Positions 15,001 through 27,000 of a stretch of 64,000 bases of DNA are shown in pieces (position 1 is the stretch's first letter; each line of letters starts with the position of its first letter). The DNA lies in contig NMRA01000778.1 of NCBI GenBank assembly GCA_002633005.1, forward strand, positions 62,001 to 126,000, written 5' to 3'. The notes beneath the pieces were generated by a model that ran no database searches, was not told the origin of the DNA, and saw nothing but the letters and a program-made list of their open reading frames with translations. This DNA is from Phoronis australis. Its lineage: Eukaryota; Animalia; Phoronida. Position numbers and translations under genes: made by a program.

Positions 15001-18000
15001 TTTTTTGCTTTTAAAACAATTAATATCCTCTCAAGCTGAAAATCAATTAAATTGGTGTCTCTACAAAATACAAAAAAAAAATCTTCTTGCTCCCTCCCAA
15101 AAATTATTTTTACCGATCACTTTTTGCACAACCCCTCCTGCGGCTTGAGAACCTACTGTTCATCAAATATTGTGACTGGTGGTGCTGCAAGACTATTTGT
15201 CAATTTACCTATCAGTCTATGAAGCACTCCTTGCTTGATCCCTTATTTTCACCATTTTAAATGTCATGACATTAAAACATTAGTTTGCAACTTCTGTATT
15301 TTGATTATAGCATTTAGTTGTGATAATATATGTAAAGTGTCATGATTTTTCAATGTATTTCTCTCTTCTTTCCCCATGTTCTCCACAACAGAAAATTCAA
15401 ACTCGACTGGAATCACAAAATTCATGGATGTGTTTCAAAGTCTATGTCTACACTGAGGGGAGTTTGTGATAAGTGCATTGGACTTGTTCCATTAAGTCCA
15501 AAATGCCATAATTTGCTTTTACTTCACACTTAACGCATTGGTTTTCAGACTCGAAGCAGTTAGCCAAATTTATCACTGCAAGATTTTAACTTGATGTGGT
15601 GACGAGTCAAAACAGGTTGAGAACACTATTTTCTATCACTAGATTGATTGTTGCCATCTAAAAAGGTCATGCCATGTGTTCCTTCCATTTCTTGACTTGT
15701 CGGTACTCATCAATAACCCGTCACTATTTTCCCAGAGCGTCTACAACCTGGTGCAAGACAACGAGTGTGCCCCCTATGTGTTGCCGAGTGAACCGCTGCT
15801 CTACCGCTGCGTGCCGTCGATCTTGGTACAAATCAAGGACAAAGCAGTGGGACTGGTGGTAAACCAGGACGGGAAGAACTACACCATCACCGACTCCCTG
15901 AATCAGGTGTTGACTGGGACTAGCCTTGAGAACGGCACACAGTGAGTCATGTGACGTGGTAATATAACAAAATAGTAATCAGACGAAATGATAATTTAAT
16001 CGAACAAAGTGGGTTTTCAGATGAAATGGTAATCAGACCAAATATCTTTTCCTGGTCATGGCGACTTATTCTGTCAACAGCAAAAATGGCTGGTTAGAGC
16101 TATGATAGGGGTAAAACTATGACTGCAGAATGGCTTAATCAAGGTAAGTGGATTATGGCTGAAGTACGATAATTGTCCATTTATTTTGCATAAAAATAAT
16201 AATTGCTATAATGGGAATTTTTCAAGGACTGGTTCCTTTTTGCAAGTAAGGCGAGTTTCATGAACTGCTTAATCACATCTAGACACTGCAAGCAATGCTT
16301 GCAACAGACTAATCCAAACAGTACCAGTTCAGGCTTTGTTGTGGAATGCACTTCTCTTGTAGCGTTTAACTCATGTATTTCACCGTTATCAGATAGCGTT
16401 GTCTATGGTCAACTATTTAGGACATGCTATGGTAGACAAGTGGATTTTTTCAGTTTTCCGTATATATTCAGTAGCTCCAAATAAATGAGTTATCACTGTC
16501 TGGTAAGCTATGTATTGTGGCTACCGTCAGCTTGTATTTTGAGAAAGTGTGGCCATTCTCAACAGTGTCCATTGAAAAATGGAAAGGAATCAAATGAATT
16601 TTGGCAATTTCATTTGCCCTTGGTGAGATTTTACTGTATACATCTATCATTAAATTTCGGGTCTTACTGAAAAATTCTCTATTATGATTCCAATATAACT
16701 GGAGTTCATCACTTTTTTCTGTGTAATATCTAGGTGATAATTCCCTTACATATACTGAGATTTGCCTTCAAGACAAGGACTGCTAGCTCAATATTCATTA
16801 AATTGCGTCTTTGTCTTTCAGGGCTCTGACAACCCTGTTGAATGCTGCCAGTTGGGGCGAGAAGATTCTTAATGATATTGTAGCGTCCTGGCACCTGCTG
16901 CTAATGTGAGTGTTTACTTGTATTCGTAGTCACGTAATAATGTCATTGTAAATATGTCCACTAGATGTTAGGACATTCCCATGTCTCATCAAGGTACAGT
17001 TGTTCTCAAAATGATCATAGTCTAACTGCCTCTTTGTTCAGCTACTTTGAAAAGTAATACATGCCATGTTTGCCAAAAACAAAATGGGTGTGTTGTTCGG
17101 ACTAACCGAAAACTGCGTACCCGTAATATTGTGTTGAATTAAAGTTCTACTGTTCATTGGAAGCTCGCACCCTTTGCATGGTCACAGACACATATGCTCG
17201 CACTTTGCTAGGCCCATCCCTTTGTGCTCCACTTCAGGTTGCTGCTCTCATTGAGACCAACCCAAGCAATTGCTGTACACTTTTAATACACATTCCTCAT
17301 TCTGTCACGCAACATGATTGGCATGTGAAATAAAATTTTGTTTTGTCAAATTTGTTAGCAAGATTTACATGAGAATTTGTACTTTATTTTAGCTTTATGT
17401 AAACAAACATTTCAGCAAAGAATGTCACCAGCCTTTCAAAATGAAAATTCACTTTTACTTCTTCCCAACAGATCATGCCCCACCCAATCCATCTTGCCCC
17501 ACCCAATCCGTCACGCTCCTGCCAATCCGTCACGCTCCTCCCAATCCGTCACATTCCACCCAATTTGTCACGCCCACCTTATTCGTCACGGTTTACCCAA
17601 CTTGTCATTCTACACCATATCTATCATGCCCCACCCAATCTATCATGCCCCACCCAATCCATCATGCCCCACCCAATCCATCATGCCCCACCCAATCCAT
17701 CATGCCCCACACAATCCATCATGCTCCTCCCAATCCATCGTGCTCCTCCCATTCCATCATGCTCCTCCCATTCCATCTTAATCCTATTGTTCCTACTCCA
17801 GTGGTTGTGCTATTGCCATGGTTTTCTGCTTCATCTGGATCGTCATCATGCGTTGGATCGCTGGCATTATGGTCTGGCTCACTATCGCCCTCTTCATTGG
17901 ACTCTTTGCCTTCGGTAGGTACTCTTCTTTTCCGGGGGAAGATAGTGACTCTGACGCTTGTTGATGAAGACTTTGTTTGCTTTGGGTTATTAGATACCAA

Positions 18001-21000
18001 TCACTTCTGTGGCAATGGCCACTCTGACGCTTTGGTTTAAGATTGAATATGAGGTGATTTCTTGAAGAATTTATGTATCCTTCCAACAAAATGTCTTCAG
18101 CAAATCTAAATGATTAAACTAAAATGTTGTTTTACATTGACCACTTCGTATTATGACATTGTAATCCTGTGCTTATGTTAAGCACAACACAGTTCACAAT
18201 CTGAAGTTCTGTAAATATTGCCTAATTATGCTGTCTTACTGAATACATCCTACGTGACCTAATCATGTCAAATGTGACTTGAGTATCCTTGCAAATTGTT
18301 ATTGTTATCCAAACAATTATGTTAAACAAGTTGATTATTGGCTTACCCTTAGGCTAGCCATCACCACGTTAATCCTGTGTTATTCTAGTCATAATTAGTA
18401 AACTCTGTCTATCATCAGCCTGCTACTACTGCTACTCGACTTACTATGAGCTGAAGAACAATCCAAATGCTAACACAGAGATCAAACTAACCATTGACTT
18501 GGACTACTGGAAGAACCTTAAGACAACCTGGCTGGTTTTAGGTAGGTCTGACTCAAACACGGACTTGAAGGCATTGACTAAGTCAAGCCATTTGGTATTT
18601 AGGAACGCAGCCAATTAATAGTATTTTGAAAGCCTGTAACCTCCTAGAGCTGAAAGGCAACTGCTGTGTTATCTTGCAGTTAGGTACACAGTAACTGGTG
18701 TACAATTTCTCACATTCATGTTTTTAGCGCGCACAAAGTTATTCAACAAAAACATTATTTTCCTCTCTTTTAAATCAAACAGGTTGTAACGGCCGACATT
18801 TTTATTTTCCATTCATTCAAAGCTATATGGTTACAATGTGCCATAATTTATCACACCACAGTGGCTGCGAAAAAAGTGCAGTACTTGAGAAGCCAAAATA
18901 CCACCGATGATTTTTTATATTATCCATTCATTTTGCATATCGGCCTTACTGTGTTTCCAGCCATTCTACTTATTTCGCTCTCCCCTTCTTCATGAAGAGA
19001 ATTATTTTGTTTTGTGCGAAAATGTAGGGCGATTACCGTAACAGGATTTGGAATAATTGATGTCATTAACCAACTGTGACGTTGTTATTGTTTGCTGACT
19101 AGAGGTCATTTAAGTGTTAATGTTGGAAAAGCTACACTGCATCACAAAGAAAGTTGAAGTGCAATAGCTACTTAACACTTGCCTATTTGGGGGTGTAGTT
19201 TGAAACCTAGCAGTTATAAATGTTCATTTCACACTATGTATGTGAAGTTGGAATAGTTTTTTCAGAAGGATCCATCTGTTAATACAGGGTGATTGTCATA
19301 GTCAGACAATGGTCTTCACAATTTGCTCTGGCTGAAACAACGTACTCTTCAGAATTTTATTGCTGAAGTGGCCCGTATACTCCAAAATAAACTGAATGCA
19401 AAATTTTTGTCATCCACTGGAGGGCACTAAAAACTGAAACACATTGTAAAAGTTTTATCAATTCAGGAAAAAATCATGGATTAGGTCGTGCTCCTCACTG
19501 AAAAAAGAAATGGGACGAGGTCCCCATGTGCCCCTCGACTACACCCCTGAGTTACGACTGACCTCCATTTCAGGCTGTACTGCTGCTACTCTCCTCACCA
19601 TCATTCTTCTGGTGTTGATCTTTCTGAGGCAGAGGTTACAGATTGCCATCGCTCTGATAAAAGAAGCCAGCAGGTACGTGTGTTGGGTTATGGGTAGGGC
19701 CTCAGAAATACATAGGGGTTCATTGTCCCTTATCCATTTGCAGTCAGTAAGTCCTTGTTATGCGTAGTTACTCCACAGATAGGCCTACAGAAAACTGCTA
19801 TCAGTTTCATTGTGGGAACTTCGACTTATAGACATCTTTGCCTCTGGCAGCATCAGTATATTACAATGAAAGCTGATATAAAGGCCAGATGTTTATTTAA
19901 CATGTTCATGTGACCATCCCCTCCAAACACTAAGACTAGTACTGACCCTCTGTCTGAGGCGGCCTCTCATGTTTTGAATTTCATAGTTTGGACTGTGTGA
20001 TGTCTTGCCAAGTTCAGCTTATGTTCAAGTTAAATTAGTGAGGAAACGTTTCATGAGAAACTCAAATAACCCTTGGAAGAATGCAATGTTTGATGAGAGT
20101 GATCTTTGACAGCTAGTTACATTGACAGCTATTGAAAATGTTTTGGTGGCAAAAAACTCTATTGCACCCACTTTTAACTGAATTGGCAAAACAAAATTGA
20201 AGACTTTTAAGAATTTATTTGACAATATGTTAATAAATGATTGTTTAGGTTTCCTGTGTCAGGAGTTGCACATGACTCATACAATTGTGATCTGAAGCTA
20301 TAAACCCACCTTGTACATGACTCGTACAATTCTGATCTGGGGCTATAAACCCACCTTGTACATGACTCATGACGTTATCTTCCCTCTCCAGAGCCATTGG
20401 CAAGATGATGTTTACTCTCCTCTGGCCCCTCATCCCATGGATCCTCCAAATAGGTCTGTTCGCCTACTGCGTCACCGTGGCCGCTTTCCTCGCCTCCACC
20501 ACGGTCAAAATTCGCGTTCCTAATAACAACTCTACAGGCAACGCGACCAACGTCTCTCTGAGTACGAGTGGTAGCAACCTCTTCAATCTCATCGACTGTG
20601 GACAGGTAAGTCAGAAGTATTGGATACTGGCGGCTGTCGAGTCAACAGTAACGACAAGTGTGCCCCCTGCTGGGCCGACGTTTGTAAAACATGATTATTC
20701 ATAACTTGAGCTTGACAATGTGTTTTCGTATGATCAGAAGTCATAGTTGATTCTAGTTTTTACCCGACTCATTTTGAAACCTGTGCATACTGTCTAAAAA
20801 GGCTGCCTGGGTTTTCTGGTTAGTATCAAAAATTAAACTGAGAACTCGGTGAATCGTCAGAGCAGCAAGTTGTGGTTGTCCTCTTACTGTGGTCGTCTAG
20901 ATTTGGTCGTACAGCATGTACATGTATTACAAGCATTGCTGCATTAAACAAAGCCTGATGTATAATATACTAACTCATATACCAATTACATCTGATATTT

Positions 21001-24000
21001 TCTGTTAACTGCATTTTGTGCATGAAGCCAAGATCAATGTCTTTGATTTTATTCTTCACAGTGTGTTTCCTCAAATTTGTATGATAATTTCCACATTTTC
21101 CATCATTCAAAATCTTACCGTGTAATTCAAGTTTGAGCTTGAACTCCTAATATTAAGTATGAGATGAATCCTAAGGTCATGTGCATAAATTTTGTTGACA
21201 AGCACAAAATCAAGGACACATCATGTTTGGAGTTCAGACTACAGTACATAAAATAGCAAGACAGAGTTTGGAGTTGCGGATGGCATTTCAGCACAGGTCT
21301 TGGTTAGAGAATCAAGATCCTCAAAATGTTGCTTTATTTCAATTTGCCAAATACGTGTACTAACACGCATGGATGCTTACATTTGATTCTTACTTTGGTT
21401 GCATTTCTTCCATTTTGTTAATATTATTTTTTCTAAATTTTTTTTGACGAAGTCCTGAAAATTGCCCTAGTTTCAGTTTGGCCCATATTGCCTGAAGGTT
21501 GTTGATTGTCAGCCTATGGGATGCTTGCAATGTCTTCATACCGTGGAATCGTGCAAAACCAACAAATACCCGTAACATAATCTTTCCACCAGGTGGCGCA
21601 GTTTATTTTTCCCATGGTTCCCACTCTTATTGGGAGTCTTAGAAAATTGTAAAAAGTACAAAAAGTACTTGATGCACTGAAACAAATGGAAGACGAGTAA
21701 ATGGCAACAAAATCACGGAAAATTCAACAAAAACTCACAGGATATTTCAAAACATGAAAACCTCATATTGCCAGTTGTGTCCCTAATTCCAGTAATGTTT
21801 ACTATACATGTACTTTGTGTGGGAAAATCAGTTGGAGAAAACGAAAATAAATCCTGGATACTCTACGTTTAAACAGTGACTGGGAACCATGGTTGTATGT
21901 GGTAGGTTAGGCCAAAACTGCAATCTGATAATCTTGTTGTTTATTGTTTTCAAGTTGACCAATACGGTAAGTACATACTCAACAACTACCACCATTCACA
22001 ACTAGTTTGCTTGTTAACCAACCCGCTTGCGCACTCCGCTCCCACTCCCCTCGCCCTGTGTGATTCTGAAATTGACAATGTAAACAAGATATGTCATTTC
22101 CTGGCCACTAAATGTTATCTAAACAAACTAAAGAACTAATGTCTCCTTGGATCTTCATAACATTCTGTCCTTATCTATAGGACTGGAGCCTGTCTAGTAA
22201 CAATAGTCACTTACCTGTGAACACTTGTGGCTTGTAAGTGCTTTTCATTGAAAACATATTTTTTTATTGTGAAGCCAGCCTACAAATTGCTGAAAAGCAT
22301 TATGTCTGGGTTTGTGTCATCAAGTGTTTCAAATTGACTTGTAATACTGGGCTGCATTCTGTTGATGCATGAATTTCACAAAAATGCAATATCACGCAAG
22401 TCTTCACGATGCCTCGCCACACGCTACAAGCGAAGTGTATTGCCGCATTGGTTTTACTCATGGAATTCTTGCATCTATGGAACACAGCCTTGATTTTTAC
22501 GTGGCAGTTGTCTCACAGAGTCTTGCTATGTCTAGCCAAACACTCAAGAAAATATCTTTACTGAACACAATCTTGATGCAACTCAAGTGATGTTAAGTCA
22601 GTGTTTTACTGTGATTCTCGAGCACCTTTATCTTCTGCATCATAACGTGATGAAAACTGTTGTATTTGATGCATGGGAGCATCACGTTTGTCTCGGTCCT
22701 ATTCACAGACAACTGCAATGTTTTGCACAAGGCTTTGTATGTTTCAAACTACAGTGTTAATGTTTGGTGGAATGGTTCAACGCATTACATTTATCTATAA
22801 TCATTGTGTAATATCACAAAGGGTTGGTGCTGCACTATTTTTCTTTTACCTCCAGTGCTGCAGTTAGGAGGTGAAACATTTTAATGTACTTTGCATTCAT
22901 TAGAAATGCACTTAGTTTCACCAACAGTACACGCCAAAACTAATTTGTGAAAATCCTTCTTCCCCCTCACCTAGGCTCATCATTCATGTAGCTGTGAACG
23001 AAATTCATAGCTACAACACCCCGTTACCCACAGTTTTGCCTCTGTCCGTTTGTCTTAACGGGGAATTGCAAGTCATTGCATCTGAATAGTTTTGGTGTTT
23101 GCTGTTATGCCTTCTATCACTTGCTTGAAATTTCGTAGTTAAGCAAATAATCCTTTGCTTGTAGATTCAGAATTGTTAAACTTGAGCCTTTGGTTTTATT
23201 AAATGCAGTTTCCCTATAGTAACCTTAATCACAAATAATGCTAAAAGCAAATTTTATTTTTATATCAAGTGTTTGGTTTAGTATAATGCTAATGAATTAG
23301 TTGTTCTATTACAAACTGTTCAGTTATTCCGTACAGGTAGTAGTGGACAGAGGAGACAGTCAATATGTAATGGACATTTTTTCATGGGATTTTAACCAAT
23401 GAGCTGCTGCCATTTTTCTAGTGCATTATGGGATGGTTGATGACATCACAGATAACTTGTGGAAGTGTAACCTGATTCGTAATTTTTCAATGGTGGTTCG
23501 AATGTCGTACTGCCATCAGAAAGCATGTTGAAGTGCTTTCAGTTCTTTCAATTCTTTCATGCTCAAGTGACAAGTGTTTTTTTTCTGTCATGCTGTTTAC
23601 TTATCACTAGGTTATCTGTGATGTGACTCGAAGTTTTTTTGAGTTGGCAACCGTTCCAAAATGCATTCATAAAACTACATCAGCCTGGCAAATTGAGGAA
23701 ATGTTTGCCCTCCAATGAAATCCCAATAGTCGTGAAATACAAATGAATATGGCTGACATTCTTCATTGGCTGCTCACATTGCTGCTCGTCTACTGGAGCC
23801 CTGTGTGTCTTAATTGTTGACGTCACTTTTAATGTTAAACTCGTGACGGCATATATAATTCAGATCAAGTTAGCATTCTCATCAATTTCTGTTTATGCAA
23901 TTCCCATCATGTGTTTCAAATTGCAAATCTTTTGAGATTACCTTATGTTTGTGATTACCCTGGGTTTGACGTTAAATTCAAGATGGCAATCAAACCAACT

Positions 24001-27000
24001 CATGTCAAAATTTGATTGGTCACTTGTAAGTTTATATACTTAGCAAAAAAGCAGGACAAAATCGCCATCATTTTGCATAACCTTGCAAAAGATCTATAGC
24101 CTCATACATGGGAAAGGATTTTGAGGTCTTACAAGCCTTAGGTGTCATGGAGTAACATGCGTGTGCTCGGTAGACAGAGATTCTATAGCGACAAAAGCAA
24201 GAACTCGCAAGACTTAGCAAGATATCTTTAGAGAAACATGTGACCACACCAGCTTCCTTAACGAAATTCTGGGATCTAGGAAATTCCAGGGTGGTTAGCA
24301 CTGTGACTGCAAGGGAAGTGGAACATAAATCGTGTTCTTATCTTACATAAGGTCAATTTTTTGGTGGAACTCTTCTGCTATGTGTAACAGAATGATTGAA
24401 TACACATTGCAGACACAGGCTTAGTTTCTGTTGTATGGAAAAAATGTTTACAAAAATGGGTAAAGGTGGTTGTGTTGGCAGGGCAAACATCAGTGGTATT
24501 TGTGGGAGTTGGGGTCAACGACGTACATCCCAGACAAGAGCTCTGGGAGGATTCTAGGAAATACTTGTATTCCAAGTAGCTTTTTTGCTATCATAATTAA
24601 TAGCCCCTCCCACCCCAATGATTTAATAATTCTGAAAGACCGCAACTAAAATCTCACAATGTCTGATTCTGTTATTCACACTTGTTACTTCATTAATGCA
24701 CTCTTCATTGGATTATGTGTCTCTTTCGCATCTCCCTTTTAATTATGTTAACAACATAACTTACTCACTTCCCATTGAAATTCTCTTGAGTTTCCAGATT
24801 GTCTACTGTACCTTGCGTTGGGTTGGTTTGTTAATTTCTATGTTCTGTTACGTGAGTTTAGTTTGAGTTTTAACTTCTCCCTTCTTGAGTTTACTGTCTG
24901 TCCACATAACTGATTTATAATTTGTCTCTTTTGATAATATCTTTGATAAAATTAAAGTTTTGAAAAGCAAGTGTTTTGCTTTAACCTATTTTTTACATCG
25001 AATGTATTTTGTTAAACTATTCTGGTGTTTTGAATATCATCTTATTCTTTATAATGTTAAATATGTGTTTTGGGTATCATCCTGTGTCTTATTGGAGCTT
25101 GGCTGCTCTGGGTAATGGTTTGAGTACCTTATATCCATCTTTAAAGATGTCTTGTTTAATTTTCAAGTGGTCTTCAACATTCAACCAGGTGAGTGGTGCA
25201 GGAATCTGTGCAGGACCATGGTTTTTCAAGCTTCCTGCAGGGTCCATGCCCCTTATAACTTCCCCTGAGCTTAGAGTGTGTTCTTTATTATCTATATTCA
25301 GTCATTTACAGGTTGTTAAGGCATTGTGATATATTGTACTATCTACATGTGGGGTATTCTTTTCATTTCTCTTGTTTCTAGAGAATTCTATCTTTTGATA
25401 CTCTCCCAAGATCTTTGTGTGAGATTCTGTAAAAGTGAACGATATTGTATCATCTTCCTTGCCTATTATTTTTATAGTATGTAGGACGTATCCTTTAGCC
25501 AATTAATGACATTTTTTATCAAAACAATACAATGTCACATGTATCATAAAGCTGCTTTCTGCCCTGTTTAGCTGGCTAAAAACGAAGTCTGAATTTGGCC
25601 TTTCACTCTCATCAAATTGGTGTTATATAATAGTATTCCTAACCATGGTGGAATTATGTTTGTATTACCAACAAGATCATCGGAACCATAAGCGACTCAA
25701 GAAAACGCTTTAAAGTTCATCCATAAATCCAAGTCCAAAATACACTGTGTGGGTGCTCATTCACCATATTCTTAATAGTATACTGTGTCTGCACGCACTT
25801 AGCAGTATAATGCGCCTGTCTGCTCCATAGAAGTGTACAGTAGCTTTGCACTCTTTGCAGTATAAGATATCTGACTGCTCGATGGCAGTGTTACAGTATC
25901 TGCAGACACTTTGCAGTATTTATTTATTATTGTGGTATTTAAAATGAGGGTGGCCTCTTCAGTGATAGCACTGCTTTCCAAGAGGGCCCTCAGTGTATAA
26001 GGTACCTGAATGCTGGTTAGAAGTGTACAGTATCTGCACACACTTATTATTATAATGTACCTGACTACTCCAACCGAAATTCTCGCACATCGTCCTCATA
26101 GATTAATAACGAAAAGATTATATTGTATTTTACCAGTTATTTGGAAAAGAAATCGCTGTTGAAAATGTAGTTTTCTTAACATTTTGGTGTCAATTTCTTA
26201 TGAAGATAAATGGGTAAGTTTTAAAACCCAGCAAGGGTTAATGTTCTCTGAAATTTGTATTTTTATCTATATAGATAATTTTCTTGTGCACCACATTTGA
26301 GTAAATATTTGTCTGGTCTTGTTGTCATGCCTGGCTTAAGTCTTACATAGACTTGGTATGGTATGTGGTAAAAATTCTCCAGTTTTGAGACTGTCCTAAA
26401 ATTTTAGACACCAAATTTCGAGAAGAAAATTTTTTCCTCGATTCTGAAGATTGTGATATGGGTGATTTTGGTATTCTTCAAATTTTTCAAATATCGGACG
26501 CAGTTCATAAAATTGTAGAAAATAGTACTGTAATGGTATTGAGGTAAATGACCATTTTTCATTGACTGCAGTTCTTGAATTTGGGACGACCAACACAGCC
26601 TATTTCTAAAATTTATTGAAAACTGAGCCTGACCCAAATTATAATTTTTTTACCATCTTCAACTGGAGAATTTTTAGTGGTAGCTTTCATATCAGACCAC
26701 TCCAGTTGAGGCATAAATTGAAATGTAATCCTGTGAAGTGTTCACTCTGCCAAAATCAGATTTACTCACGGCGTAGGAATTTCAGAGCAAGTTAAAAAAA
26801 TTAAAGACCTTGTTCATCACAGACTAAAACCAACATATTTCCATTGATTTGGAGGTGTGTCGTACTCTGCTCTTTCCATGTATGACCCTGTACATGGTAT
26901 ATTTGACTAGAGCCTTATTTTGGAGACCAATCTTACTTAGTTGGTAGTCTCTGATCCCTGATCTAATCTTGCCAGTGTATTAGTATCCAACCTCTGTTTG

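Larger units (their letters stand above)
10653..16672 (+). repeat. Direct duplication of about 2.8 kb (10653-13460 vs 13905-16672) across an N gap, including one CTL exon
   Basis: Copy 2 starts at the first base after the gap; scattered SNPs and small indels. Confidence 0.9.

Noticed and set aside
17377-18089. Pro/His-rich ORFs and antisense ORFs
   Set aside because: Translations of the 19-bp minisatellite and off-frame or antisense readings of the true exon.
23337-23366. 30-nt exon candidate ([10 protein letters not shown])
   Set aside because: Weak donor (gtaatg) and no similarity to the loop sequence.
26206-26213. 8-nt micro-exon candidate (gaag|ATAAATGG|gtaagt)
   Set aside because: Weak acceptor; using it alone would drop the conserved Cys.
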